Shown: positions 39,839 through 49,691 of the stretch, piece by piece
Numbering within the stretch: position 1 is the first letter of the stretch
Layout of the letters: every line of letters starts with the position of its first letter
DNA from: an uncultured Fibrobacterota bacterium
GTDB taxonomy: Bacteria > Fibrobacterota > Chitinivibrionia > Chitinivibrionales > FEN-1185
Length of the DNA: 64,000 bases
Assembly (NCBI GenBank): GCA_963729895.1
Contig: CAVSQB010000028.1
Coordinates: 128,001 to 192,000, forward strand
Direction of reading: 5' to 3'
Made by a program: the position numbers and the translations under genes
Notes under the pieces: generated by a model
What the model saw: only the letters and a program-made list of their open reading frames with translations
What the model was told of the DNA's origin: nothing
Databases searched by the model: none

Positions 39839-42670
39839 TCACCCCAGATACGGCCTCAAATACTTCCCCGTCGCGGAATTTGGGTTCCTCGCAATCTGTT
39901 CCGGTGTTCCCGTCGCCACCACGCGCCCGCCTTTGTCCCCGCCTTCCGGCCCCAGGTCCACGATCCAGTCGGCGCATTTGACAACGTCGAGGTTGTGTTC
40001 GATCACGATCACGGTGTTTCCTTTGTCAACAAGCTCGGCAATCACGTCCATGAGCATCTGGATGTCCGCGAAATGGAGCCCCGTGGTGGGTTCGTCGAGG
40101 ATGTACATGGTCCGGCCGGTGCCGCGTTTTGCAAGTTCCGCCGCAAGCTTGATGCGCTGCGCCTCCCCGCCGGACAGGGTGGTAGCCTGCTGGCCCAGGT
40201 GGATATAGCCGAGCCCCACGCGTGACAGCACCGCGAGTTTCGCTTTGATGGAGGGGATCCTGTCGAAGAACAGAAGCGCCTCGTCGACCGTCATGTCAAG
40301 TACATCGGCAATGGTCTTGCCCTTAAACGTGATCTCGAGCGTTTCGCGGTTGTAGCGCTTGCCGCGGCAGGTCTCACACTCAACGTAGACGTCGGGCAAA
40401 AAGTGCATTTCGATGCGCAGCAGGCCGTCGCCCTGGCACGTTTCGCACCGGCCGCCCTTCACGTTGAAACTGAAGCGTCCCGGACTGTAACCCCGTATTT
40501 TACTTTCGGGAAGCATGGTGAAAAGCGTCCGGATGTGGTCGAACGTCTTGGTGTACGTTGCCGGGTTGGAGCGGGGTGTGCGGCCGATGGGCGACTGGTC
40601 GATGTCGATAACCTTGTCGAGCATGGCCAGGCCCTTTACCTGCTTAAAGGCCAACGGCTGCAGTTTTGCATTGTTGAGCTTGCGCGCAAGCGCAGGGTAT
40701 ACCGTCTGGTTGACAAGCGTGCTCTTGCCGGAACCGGACACGCCGGTGACACATACCAGCATGCCGAGCGGGAACGACACGTCGACGGCCTTCAGGTTGT
40801 TGCCGCTTGCGCCGATCACATCCAGGGAACTTCCGTTGCCCTTCCTGCGGTTCGCAGGAAGCGGGATGCTTTTCCTTCCTGACAAGTACTGGCCCGTCAG
40901 GGACGCGGCATTTGCCATGATCTCACGAGGCGTGCCAAAGGCCACAAGTTCGCCGCCATGGACTCCGGCGCCCGGTCCGATGTCGATCACGCAGTCGGCC
41001 GCGAGCATGGTTTCCTTGTCGTGTTCGATCACGACCACGGTATTGCCCAGGTCGCGCAGGGACAAAAGCGTGTCGAGGAGTTTGCCGTTGTCGCGCGGGT
41101 GAAGCCCGATGCTCGGCTCGTCGAGGATGTAAATGACGCCCGTGAGCCGCGAACCGATCTGCGTGGCGAGCCGTATGCGCTGCGCCTCGCCGCCCGACAG
41201 GGTGGCGGACGCGCGTTCGAGCGACAGGTACGAAAGCCCTACGTTTACCAGGAACGAAAGCCGCGAACCGATTTCCTTGAGGATCTGCTTCGCGATCTGT
41301 TCCTTGCGCTTCTCCAGCGACAGGGTGGTAAAGAACTGTTTCAGCGCGTCTATCGACAGGTGCGAAAGATCGGCGATGTTGCGGCGGTCAATAAGGATGG
41401 CCAGGCTCTGCGGCTTGAGCCGCTTGCCCTTGCAGGCGAGACAGGCCCGCTGGGTCATGTATCCCTCGATCCAGCGCCGTATTTCCTCGGAGGCCGAATC
41501 GCGGTAGCGCCGCAGCAAATTTGGAATCACGCCTTCAAAGTGTCTCTTGAACTGACCATAGCCCTCGCCGGACCGGCCCTGCCATTTCATGAGAAATCGT
41601 TCGTTGCCCGCGCCGTTGAGCAGGAGGTGCTTCTGCTTGTCGGAAAGCGATTTGTAAGGCTTGTCAACCGGAATGGAGAAATGCTTGCATACCGACAGCA
41701 TCGTCTGCTGGTTCCAGCTTCCCATGGTGGCGGCCCCATTCCAGGGCACGATGGCGCCGTCGAGCAGCGAAAGCGACGGGTCGGGCACAACCAGATCCGG
41801 GTCTATTTCGAGCAGGTAGCCCAGGCCGGTGCAGGTCTCGCACGCCCCGAACGGGTTATTGAAGGAAAACATGCGCGGCGACAACTCGTCGTAGGAAATG
41901 CCGCAGTCGGGGCAGGCGAGCAGCTCCGAGAAGACGATGGGCTCCTTGTCGATAAGGTCCACGATTACCGTGCTGTTCGTGCTCAGTTTGAGCGCGGTCT
42001 CCAGAGAATCAACGAGCCTGCCTTTGATGGCGGGCCCGTTTACCAGCCGGTCCACCACGACCTCGATGGTATGTTTCTTGTTCTTGTCAAGTGGAATCTT
42101 TTCATCGAGGGTGAAGATGATGCCGTCGACCCGCACGCGAACAAACCCGTCTTTCTGGAGCTTTTCCAACAGGTCTTTGTACTCGCCCTTGCGGCCCGAT
42201 ATCACGGGCGACAGGATCTGGAATTTCGCATTCGGCGGGAGCCCGAGTACCTTGTCGGTGATCTCCTGCACGGTCTGCCGGGAAATGGCCCTGCCGCACT
42301 TGTAGCAGGTAGGATCGCCGATTCTCGCAAAAAGCAAGCGAAGGTAATCGTGAATTTCGGTGATAGTTCCCACGGTGGAGCGCGGATTGTGGCCCGTGGT
42401 CTTCTGCTCTATGGAAATCGCGGGCGACAGGCCTTCTATGGAATCCACGTCGGGCTTTTCCATGAGCCCGAGAAACTGCCGCGCGTACGCGGACAGGGAT
42501 TCAACGTACCTTCGCTGTCCTTCGGAATAGAGCGTGTCGAACGCCAACGACGATTTTCCCGAGCCCGACAGGCCGGTGATCACGGTGAGGCTGTTGCGCG
42601 GTATGGTGACGTCGATATTCTTGAGGTTGTGCTCGCGCGCGCCTTTTATGATGATGTCTTTTGGTTGCAT
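39839..42670 (-). CDS. uvrA: Excinuclease ABC subunit A
   Basis: GAREHNLK, two Walker A ([16 protein letters not shown]), LSGGEAQRI twice, Zn fingers. Confidence 0.99.
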   Translation of the reverse strand: MQPKDIIIKGAREHNLKNIDVTIPRNSLTVITGLSGSGKSSLAFDTLYSEGQRRYVESLSAYARQFLGLMEKPDVDSIEGLSPAISIEQKTTGHNPRSTVGTITEIHDYLRLLFARIGDPTCYKCGRAISRQTVQEITDKVLGLPPNAKFQILSPVISGRKGEYKDLLEKLQKDGFVRVRVDGIIFTLDEKIPLDKNKKHTIEVVVDRLVNGPAIKGRLVDSLETALKLSTNSTVIVDLIDKEPIVFSELLACPDCGISYDELSPRMFSFNNPFGACETCTGLGYLLEIDPDLVVPDPSLSLLDGAIVPWNGAATMGSWNQQTMLSVCKHFSIPVDKPYKSLSDKQKHLLLNGAGNERFLMKWQGRSGEGYGQFKRHFEGVIPNLLRRYRDSASEEIRRWIEGYMTQRACLACKGKRLKPQSLAILIDRRNIADLSHLSIDALKQFFTTLSLEKRKEQIAKQILKEIGSRLSFLVNVGLSYLSLERASATLSGGEAQRIRLATQIGSRLTGVIYILDEPSIGLHPRDNGKLLDTLLSLRDLGNTVVVIEHDKETMLAADCVIDIGPGAGVHGGELVAFGTPREIMANAASLTGQYLSGRKSIPLPANRRKGNGSSLDVIGASGNNLKAVDVSFPLGMLVCVTGVSGSGKSTLVNQTVYPALARKLNNAKLQPLAFKQVKGLAMLDKVIDIDQSPIGRTPRSNPATYTKTFDHIRTLFTMLPESKIRGYSPGRFSFNVKGGRCETCQGDGLLRIEMHFLPDVYVECETCRGKRYNRETLEITFKGKTIADVLDMTVDEALLFFDRIPSIKAKLAVLSRVGLGYIHLGQQATTLSGGEAQRIKLAAELAKRGTGRTMYILDEPTTGLHFADIQMLMDVIAELVDKGNTVIVIEHNLDVVKCADWIVDLGPEGGDKGGRVVATGTPEQIARNPNSATGKYLRPYLG

Positions 42671-42843
42671 GGGATTGATGATTCTTGGTTGAGGCGCCTT
42701 CCGGGCCCGGATAGTTGATGCCGGAAAGTCTGGTTAAAATTACAACGTGGGGTTTTGGGATTGTTGGAGAATTTGGGCGGCTTATTGATTGAGGTTGTAG
42801 GAAAAGAGTTGGGCGCCCGGCTGCTGAAACAAGTCAGGACACA

Positions 42844-42926
42844 GGGCGTTTCCCTCGCTACGTTCGGGTCGGCCCTCCCTCTGGGCTCAGCCAGATGGCC
42901 TCGGTGCCGCCTGTCCTGCCTAACGC
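42844..42926 (-). repeat. Family 1 repeat, internally deleted copy
   Basis: GGGCGTTTCCCTCGCTACGTTCGGGTCGGCCCTCCCT...TGCCTAACGC matches rc of 22676-22814. Confidence 0.8.
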
Positions 42927-43097
42927 GGGGCAGAAGATCGGTTCCGCTCTTGTCAACGCATGCTGTCGCCTAGACTTATCCAACATTCCCATCCTTCTTC
43001 CCGCCATCAGCGCACTGTGTGGCCTGGGTTTTAGCCCAGGTTCATTAAAAATGCATTTGTGGATTGATGTGCGCCCCGTGTCGATAAGAGGGTAGTC

Positions 43098-43547
43098 TTA
43101 GACTGTGGGCGCGGCGGTCGGGAGAGAATCAGGCGATGCAGGTGCAATGTCACGATGATACTCCTCGTACATCTGCTGTACCGTCTCGGCCAGTTTCACC
43201 CGGTTGAACGGTTTGAACAGACAGGGGCATTTTATCGTCTTGTAAATCTTGACAAGCGTGTGTTTGGGATTGTAGCCGAAGCCGGTCATGAGGACCACCT
43301 GCGATGGTACGTTTGCGTCCTTGAACCTTCTGATGAATTCGTATCCGTCCATTTCAGGCATGGCGATATCTGTGAGGACAAGGAAGTACGCCGTTGTTTC
43401 GAGCCGCGCGAACGCCTCGGCGGACGAGGACGCCAGCGCGGTCTGCCAGCCAAGGCTCTCAAGGTAAATTTTCAGGAAATCGAGAACGTCCGCTTCGTCG
43501 TCGACGATGAGGATGCGCCGGTTAGGCGCTTTTGGTAAAGAGCTCAT
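43098..43547 (-). CDS. Stand-alone response regulator receiver protein
   Basis: ILIVDDE, LTDIAMPEMDG, MTG, KPF. No output domain. Confidence 0.92.
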   Translation of the reverse strand: MSSLPKAPNRRILIVDDEADVLDFLKIYLESLGWQTALASSSAEAFARLETTAYFLVLTDIAMPEMDGYEFIRRFKDANVPSQVVLMTGFGYNPKHTLVKIYKTIKCPCLFKPFNRVKLAETVQQMYEEYHRDIAPASPDSLPTAAPTV

Positions 43548-43899
43548 GGGTCCTGTCGATGAGTTCCTGTTTGCCGAACGGCTTGGTGATGTACGCGTCC
43601 GCTTTCATCACGTGCAACCCCACCATCTCGTCGAAGGCCTGGGTTTTGGCAGTGAGGATGGCAATGGGCATCGTGGCGAATTCCGGGTCGCTCCTGATCT
43701 GTTTGAACACGTCCCATCCGTTCATCTTCGGCATGGAAAGATCGAGCAACACTGCGTCCGGTTTGTAGGCCTTTACCCTGTCGTAGGCGGCGGGAGCGTC
43801 GAGCACGGTTTCAACTTCGAAATCCTCGGTTTCGAGGACCAGTTTCACCAGTTCCGCAATGTCCATTTCGTCTTCGATTACGATGATCTTCTTTTTCAT
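43522..43899 (-). CDS. Stand-alone response regulator receiver protein
   Basis: IIVIEDE, LLDLSMPKMNG, LTA, YITKPF. Confidence 0.93.
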   Translation of the reverse strand: MKKKIIVIEDEMDIAELVKLVLETEDFEVETVLDAPAAYDRVKAYKPDAVLLDLSMPKMNGWDVFKQIRSDPEFATMPIAILTAKTQAFDEMVGLHVMKADAYITKPFGKQELIDRTHELFTKSA

Positions 43900-43912
43900 A
43901 GAGACGTCGCCT

Positions 43913-44212
43913 TCATTTTCTGAGGTACTCGGAAAATGCCCAGTTCCAGTATTTGAGGCATACAAGAAATGCCGTGCCCGCGGATGCGAGCCGCACGAGC
44001 ATGGGAATGCTCTGCGGGACAGTGAGGCCGATGTCGCTGGAAATTGTCTCACCGATCGCCGCGAGCGCGATGAAAACCGAGGTCACGTACAGGATGCGGT
44101 AAAACGGCGGAATCTTGAGCGCCTCGCCAAGCCTGCGCGACAGGTAGGCGAGGATGATCATCGTGAGGATCGCCGACGCGTCGAACAGGGCGAGGGTATG
44201 AAGAACGATCAT
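43913..44212 (-). CDS. Small membrane protein (about 3 TM)
   Basis: Three hydrophobic stretches, LSRRLGEALKIPPFYR loop, KYWNWAF tail, tight operon spacing. Confidence 0.75.
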   Translation of the reverse strand: MIVLHTLALFDASAILTMIILAYLSRRLGEALKIPPFYRILYVTSVFIALAAIGETISSDIGLTVPQSIPMLVRLASAGTAFLVCLKYWNWAFSEYLRK

Positions 44213-44215
44213 GCG

Positions 44216-44527
44216 CTACTTCCTCGGTCTACCCATCTTAAAGTACAGATTGATTGCGCTGACGGCGGATGCGCCCGCGCTCAGGATAAGCAGCGACGAC
44301 TGGACGATGCCGAGGGTCCGACCGCCGCCGATGTTGACAAACACGCTTGCCGCGCATGCCACCGACAGGAACATCGAAATTACGAACCCCGCCCGGGGGG
44401 TCGACTCACCGAATTTTTTGTGGTAGAACGCCGCAATAAGATACATCGTGGCGTTCAGGCACACCACGGCGAGAATGTACCCGGCCAGAAGAACGCGATC
44501 CGGATCCAGCAGGATGGAAACGTTCAT
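44216..44527 (-). CDS. Small membrane protein (about 3 TM)
   Basis: Three hydrophobic stretches, FYHKKFG loop. Start overlaps the upstream stop (TGATG). Confidence 0.75.
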   Translation of the reverse strand: MNVSILLDPDRVLLAGYILAVVCLNATMYLIAAFYHKKFGESTPRAGFVISMFLSVACAASVFVNIGGGRTLGIVQSSLLILSAGASAVSAINLYFKMGRPRK

Positions 44528-45297
44528 CACTTCTTTCCGAAAACGTTGACAAAAGCGTCTTGCGGCGTGTGATGCGAGATGCCGCTCATGATTCCCTCGC
44601 GGCCGGAGAATTTCGACTCCACCTCGATGCCTTCGGGGCCAATTCTAAAGCAGCGAATGTCTTTCTGGTGGTCGCTGCCGCGCATCTTGAGAATAAGAAA
44701 CGCCTTCTGGATGGTGCTGTCGATTTCCACGTATCTCAGGAGGAAATAGGAGTCGACGATAAACGGGATTTTGCTCGTCACCCTGCTCATCTGCCCCATA
44801 AGGCTGTCGTTTTCGCGGAGCAGGATGCTTGTAACGTTCTCCCGTTTGAGGGCGTTAATGAATTTGCGCTCAATATCGCGAAGGTGGAATTCGTCAAGCG
44901 ACAGCGATTCAAAATGCGTCACGCTGTCGACCACCACGCGCTTGATCTTCATCTTTTCGATAATGGATATGAACGTGCCGTCAACGCTCTCCAGTTCCTT
45001 CATGGTGGTTTCGGGATCGGAGAACGCGATCTTGAGCTGGCCCTTTGCCTCCAGCTTCTTGAAATCCCAGCCGAATTGCATTGCGTCGTGATAGTACTGT
45101 TGGGGAAATTCCTCGAAGGTTATGATGAGCCCCGGCTCGTCGAACTGGGTGATGCCGTTGTAGATGAATTCCATGCCGATGGTGGTCTTGCCGGTGCCGG
45201 GCGCGCCTTCGATGAGGTTCGCCGAGCCGGGCAGGAGCCCGCCCTGGATCATGTCGTCGAGGCCCTTTATGCCGAATGATGCCCGTTTTTCCTTCAT
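44527..45297 (-). CDS. Single-domain KaiC/RAD55-like RecA-fold ATPase
   Basis: GIKGLDDMIQGG, GAPGTGKT, ITFEE, VVVDS, ILKMRGS. Confidence 0.92.
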   Translation of the reverse strand: MKEKRASFGIKGLDDMIQGGLLPGSANLIEGAPGTGKTTIGMEFIYNGITQFDEPGLIITFEEFPQQYYHDAMQFGWDFKKLEAKGQLKIAFSDPETTMKELESVDGTFISIIEKMKIKRVVVDSVTHFESLSLDEFHLRDIERKFINALKRENVTSILLRENDSLMGQMSRVTSKIPFIVDSYFLLRYVEIDSTIQKAFLILKMRGSDHQKDIRCFRIGPEGIEVESKFSGREGIMSGISHHTPQDAFVNVFGKK

Positions 45298-45311
45298 GAG
45301 TGTTCCTCGAA

Positions 45312-46292
45312 TCAGGAGAAAAGGTGGACGATGACCGCTTTCTGGACATGGAGGCGGTTTTCCGCCTCGTCGAGGGCAATGGAGTTGACAGAATCGAGAA
45401 CACCGCCCGTTATTTCTTCGCCGCGGTGCGCGGGCAGGCAGTGCGACACAAGCACGTTTTTTGGCGCTTTGGCAAGGAGCCTTTCGTTTACCTGGAAGGG
45501 CGCAAAGCGTTTCTTCCGCACCGCGGCCTCCTTTTCCTGGCCCATGCTTGCCCAAACATCTGTATAGATAACGGACGCACCGGGAACCGCGGCTGCGGCA
45601 TTGTCCGATATATCGATTTTGGCGCCGGTGCTTCTTGCAACGCCCCTGCACAGGAAAACCACTGCGGGGTCCGGCTCGTAGCCTGTGGGTCCCGCCGCCA
45701 CAAAATGCCAACCCAGCTTGGCTGCCAGCACCATGATCGAGTTGCACACGTTGTTGCCGTCGCCCACAAATACGACTTTGATACCGGCGCGTTTCCCAAG
45801 GCGCTCACGGAGCGTGAGGCCGAGGGCGAGTGCTTGACACGGATGGAACTTGTCCGACAAGGCGTTTATGACCGGGACACGGCTGTGCACGGCAAGCTCG
45901 ACAACGGTTTCATGAAAAAAGGTACGCGCGATGATGAGATGGACCCACCGGTCGAGGTTTTTCGCCACGTCCTTGACGCTTTCGCGTTTGCCCATTTGAA
46001 CCTGGTCCGACGCGAGATATATTGAGTGGCCGCCAAGCTCATAGATTGCCATTTCAAAGGTTATGCGGGTGCGGAGAGACGGCTTCTCAAAAATGAGCAC
46101 CCCTGTCTTGCCGGTAAAGGCCTTGGGGTCGGATTTCAGGCGCCCGGCTTTCAGTTCCCCTGCCAAGGTGAGCAGGCGCTCTATTTCCAGGGGTGTGTAA
46201 TCGAACAGGGTGAGAAGATTTCTCTTTGCCGCATGTTTCTGTGCGTCACCGTGATGTGGGGCGGCAAGTTTCCTGGCTTTGGCCGGACTCAT
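45312..46292 (-). CDS. argF: Ornithine carbamoyltransferase
   Basis: FEKPSLRT, HPCQ, GDGNNV, DVWASMGQ, HCLP. Confidence 0.95.
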   Translation of the reverse strand: MSPAKARKLAAPHHGDAQKHAAKRNLLTLFDYTPLEIERLLTLAGELKAGRLKSDPKAFTGKTGVLIFEKPSLRTRITFEMAIYELGGHSIYLASDQVQMGKRESVKDVAKNLDRWVHLIIARTFFHETVVELAVHSRVPVINALSDKFHPCQALALGLTLRERLGKRAGIKVVFVGDGNNVCNSIMVLAAKLGWHFVAAGPTGYEPDPAVVFLCRGVARSTGAKIDISDNAAAAVPGASVIYTDVWASMGQEKEAAVRKKRFAPFQVNERLLAKAPKNVLVSHCLPAHRGEEITGGVLDSVNSIALDEAENRLHVQKAVIVHLFS

Positions 46293-46527
46293 CCTGCATT
46301 GTACCCTGGTTGAGGTATTTAAGCCTGTTAAATACGCACACTGGCTCTTTCGTGCACAGCCGCCGCACACGCCCAACAGCATCGCAAAAAACAATCTGTG
46401 CATTCTGCGTTGCGAAAGATTTACTAAAATAATTCCTTCACACTTACGTCCAGCAAGGATAATGAATATTTTCTTTTCCTATATAGGAATATTCTTGCTT
46501 CCAGCAACTTCAATCTCACATATTTAG

Positions 46528-47839
46528 CAGGTTGTTGAAATAGTCCTAACAGAAGCGCTCTTGTTGATTTTTTATGAACCTAACTTCAACTTTACATATG
46601 TCAGAGAGGTTTTACCTGCCTCGTTCCGAGGCATTTCCCCGGATTCCCAGGCCATTCTCATGCTGCCCCCACCGTTTGCGGCATCAACTTAACCATGCGT
46701 ATCAAGTTGTACGCTGCGGCAACCACGTAGGCAACAGTCTGGTTGATTCGTATTCCTCTTACCCGAGTTTTCCGCAGGCCACCGACGCTCTTGATCCACC
46801 CAAATATCTCTTCAACCCGTTTTCGTTTCCTTTGACTTACGCTGTATCCCTTATGCCGAGTCGTTCTTCCATCCAACCCTTTAAGCGAAGTGTTGGCCTT
46901 CTCGGCAATGTGAGGCTTCACGTGCAGGCGTCGCAGGCTCTTGATAAATTCGGTTGCATGATACCCTTTGTCTGCACCCACCGTCTTCATCCGGCGTTTT
47001 CCGCGCCTGCGTTCATGCTTTATCAGCTCAAGCGCCATATCCCGTTCCGCTGTCCCCGTCGCTGGCGCAATGGCGATATCAACACACAACCCATTTCGGT
47101 TTTCCATCAGCACGTGACCGGAATACGCCAGCTGCGCTCCCGTTCTCTTGTTCTTCCGAGCCAACAGCGCCTCTGGATCGGTCGAACTCTGATGTGTCTC
47201 ATTGCTTCGCTTCTCATGGTGGAAATCAACCGACGGATTACTCCGATCATCGTCAGTCTTGTTCGCCGATTCCGCGTCTTTTCGCTTGAAGCTCTTCATC
47301 GATGCCCAGGCTTCAATCAACGTGCCGTCAACCGTGAAATGCTCATCGGACAACAACTCTTCGGAACGAGCAAGACGCACGATTTCCTGCATCAGCCGGT
47401 GCGCAATCTCCTGTTCCATAAGTCGATCTCGGTTCTTCGAAAACACACTATGATCAAACGATGCCGCATCCAGATCCATGTCAAGAAACCATCGGAACAG
47501 AATGTTATAGTCCAGCATCTCGCAAAACAACCGGTCCGACCGTATCGAAAACAAAGCCATCAATATCTGTGCTTTCAAAAGCCATTCCGGCGGTATCGAA
47601 GGGCGTCCCATCCGGCTGTACATCGCCTCAAAGTCACGAGAAAGGCGGCGCAGCGCTATGTCCGTAAACTGTTTGACACGACGAAGCGGGTGCGTTGCCG
47701 GCACTCGGGAATCCGGAGAAACGAAGCTGAACATACCGCCTTGGGCTGGCTGGGAACCTCTCATCAATACTCCTTGGTTGGGGTTCCCCTATAATATAAG
47801 GATAAATGTTTACAAAAGGGAGACTTTTTCAACACCCTG
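46528..47839 (-). mobile_element. Complete IS5-family insertion sequence (1312 bp)
   Basis: IRs CAGGTTGTTGAAATAGTC and rc CAGGGTGTTGAAAAAGTC (16/18), with TTAG direct repeats at 46524-46527 and 47840-47843. Confidence 0.93.
46658..47767 (-). CDS. IS5-family DDE transposase
   Basis: HPLR, GRPSIPPE, FRWF, VDGT, ADKGY, RKRVEEIFGWIK, AAYNL. Confidence 0.95.
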   Translation of the reverse strand: MMRGSQPAQGGMFSFVSPDSRVPATHPLRRVKQFTDIALRRLSRDFEAMYSRMGRPSIPPEWLLKAQILMALFSIRSDRLFCEMLDYNILFRWFLDMDLDAASFDHSVFSKNRDRLMEQEIAHRLMQEIVRLARSEELLSDEHFTVDGTLIEAWASMKSFKRKDAESANKTDDDRSNPSVDFHHEKRSNETHQSSTDPEALLARKNKRTGAQLAYSGHVLMENRNGLCVDIAIAPATGTAERDMALELIKHERRRGKRRMKTVGADKGYHATEFIKSLRRLHVKPHIAEKANTSLKGLDGRTTRHKGYSVSQRKRKRVEEIFGWIKSVGGLRKTRVRGIRINQTVAYVVAAAYNLIRMVKLMPQTVGAA

Positions 47840-47976
47840 TTAGACATAGGAGAGAAAAATAGTTTCGTGCATGGGTTCCCCTTGTTAAAGGGGGAAGGCG
47901 GGGTTTTTCGAGGGTGCACCGGTGCAAGCCAAGAGCACTGCTGCAGGGTTTTCACCTATTCATCAGGAGGCTTCAG

Positions 47977-48324
47977 GTGGATATTACAGAAGTCAGGATT
48001 ACCCTTCGGAATGAGGAGAAACTCAAGGCGTTTGCGAGCATCACTTTTGACGATTGCTTTGTGGTACGGGGCCTCAAGGTGATCAACGGCTCTCAGGGAT
48101 ATTTCGTTTCCATGCCTTCCCGCAAGAGAAAGGACGGCAGCTATCAGGATGTTGCCCACCCCATCAACAACGAGATGAGAAAGAAAATCGAAGACAAGGT
48201 CTTGGATGCATTTGAGAATGAGCTGAACAAATCGGGAGCCGCTGCGCCTGTTACCAAGGCGCCTGGTCCTGCGGAAGAAGAAGATTTCGATCTGGAAGAC
48301 GAAGCGGCAAAGGCAGAACACTGA
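47977..48324 (+). CDS. spoVG: SpoVG-family nucleic-acid-binding protein
   Basis: GTG after AGGAGG. ITEVRI, LKAFASITFDDCFVVRGLKVI, FVSMPSRK, DVAHPI. Confidence 0.95.
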   Translation: MDITEVRITLRNEEKLKAFASITFDDCFVVRGLKVINGSQGYFVSMPSRKRKDGSYQDVAHPINNEMRKKIEDKVLDAFENELNKSGAAAPVTKAPGPAEEEDFDLEDEAAKAEH

Positions 48325-48427
48325 TCCGGCCTCGCGCATACTAGATTCAGGAAATTTCTCCTCCTCCAACCTTTTCTGCCCTTATAGTTTACTCCGGGGT
48401 ATCCAGATATTATTTTAGGTCACTTGC

Positions 48428-48502
48428 TGGGGCGTCGACAAGCGGCAAGTCACGAGGTTTTGGTCCTCGCATTCGGAGGTTCGAATCCTTCCGCCCCAGC
48501 CA
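48428..48502 (+). tRNA. tRNA-Gln(UUG)
   Basis: TGGGGCG/CGCCCCA acceptor, CGAGG-TTTTGGT-CCTCG anticodon arm, GGTTCGAATCC, encoded CCA. Promoter TTTACT-17-TATTTT at 48388-48416. Confidence 0.97.
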
Positions 48503-48674
48503 TAAGCTGGGTACGGAAGGGTTCGAACCGAGAAGAGGTTCGAGAGAGCCCGGTTTCCCGCAAGGGAAACCGCAGTACAGTTTGAAAAGAATTCGATACT
48601 TCCGGGCGCGGGGCGCCAATCCTTCCGCCCCGGCCATAAGCTGGGTACGGAAGGGTTCGAACCGAGAAGAGGTT
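48484..48674 (+). repeat. tRNA-linked direct repeat (57 bp, period 134 bp) including the tRNA 3' end
   Basis: 48484-48540 and 48618-48674 differ at one base. Confidence 0.9.
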
Positions 48675-48809
48675 TCCATTCAGCATATGCGTGGGAAATC
48701 AGCCTGGACGGCTACAATGTCCGTTCCGCCGCGCAGGGTGCTTCCGGATGCCGCCGCCTGAAGCGCCAGGTTCTTTCTGAACGAAAAAAAAATCATAAGG
48801 AGGTTTCCG

Positions 48810-49673
48810 TTGGACATAGTCAAACTCAAGGCCCGACCCAGATCCGGTTCAGGCAAATCATATACGCGCAAGGCGCGCATTCAGGGATGGATTCCGGCCA
48901 TTTACTACGGACACAACAGGCAGCCGAGAACAATTGAAATCGACGCGATCGAGTTCACGCAGCTCGTGCGTTCGAAAAAGACCCGAAACCTCTTCAATCT
49001 CGGCCTCACCGATGAAGAAGGCGGGGACGCCGTTGCAATTATCAAGGAAATCCAGCGCGATATCATCAACAGAAAAGAGTTTTTGCACATCGATTTTCAG
49101 CGTGTGGCCATGGACGAAAAGGTCACGGTGGGCGTGCCTGTGGAGCTCACCGGGCTTCCGCCCATCGGCGTCAAGGAAATGGGCGGCGTTCTTCAGCATC
49201 CTGCAAAAATCATCAGGGTCGAGTGCCTGCCGGCCAATATTCCGGAAAAAATCGCGGTTGACGTATCCATGCTCAAGATCGGGGACTCGGTTCACGTTCG
49301 CGATATCGTTGTGCCCAATGCGGTCATCAAAGATTCGCCGGATGAGGTAGTTGCCGTGGTCATCGTTCCTACTGCCGAAGAAGTCAAGGCAGCCGAACCC
49401 ACGGCCGAAGGCGTGGAAGGTGCGGAAGGCGTTGTTCCCGCCGAAGGCGCAGAGGGTGCGGAAGGCGCAGCAGCTCCGGCGGGCGAAGGCACGGAGGGCG
49501 CCGCTGCCAAGCCGGGAACTCCGGCAAAAGCCGGTGCCGGCGCGAAACCGGGCGCACCCGCCAAGCCGGGCGCGGCCGCAAAACCCGGCGCTCCTGCGAG
49601 ACCGGGCGCTGCACCTGCCGCCGGCGATGCAAAACCGGGCAAGGATGCAAAGGGCGGCAAGGGCGGCAAATAA
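48810..49673 (+). CDS. rplY: 50S ribosomal protein bL25/Ctc with long low-complexity tail
   Basis: IPAIYYG, IKEIQRD, HIDF, GVKEMGG, LKIGDSVHVRD. Confidence 0.95.
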   Translation: MDIVKLKARPRSGSGKSYTRKARIQGWIPAIYYGHNRQPRTIEIDAIEFTQLVRSKKTRNLFNLGLTDEEGGDAVAIIKEIQRDIINRKEFLHIDFQRVAMDEKVTVGVPVELTGLPPIGVKEMGGVLQHPAKIIRVECLPANIPEKIAVDVSMLKIGDSVHVRDIVVPNAVIKDSPDEVVAVVIVPTAEEVKAAEPTAEGVEGAEGVVPAEGAEGAEGAAAPAGEGTEGAAAKPGTPAKAGAGAKPGAPAKPGAAAKPGAPARPGAAPAAGDAKPGKDAKGGKGGK

Positions 49674-49691
49674 CGGAAGCAACCGGTCTTT

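Noticed and set aside
44527..45297. Circadian clock kaiC
   Set aside because: Single domain, no S/T phosphosites at the canonical position, and no kaiA or kaiB.
46574..47794. 406-aa ORF antisense to the IS5 transposase
   Set aside because: No motif support. Antisense ORFs are common in IS5 elements, so it is not called as a gene.
48484..48674. CRISPR array
   Set aside because: Only two 57-bp copies derived from the tRNA end, and no cas genes.
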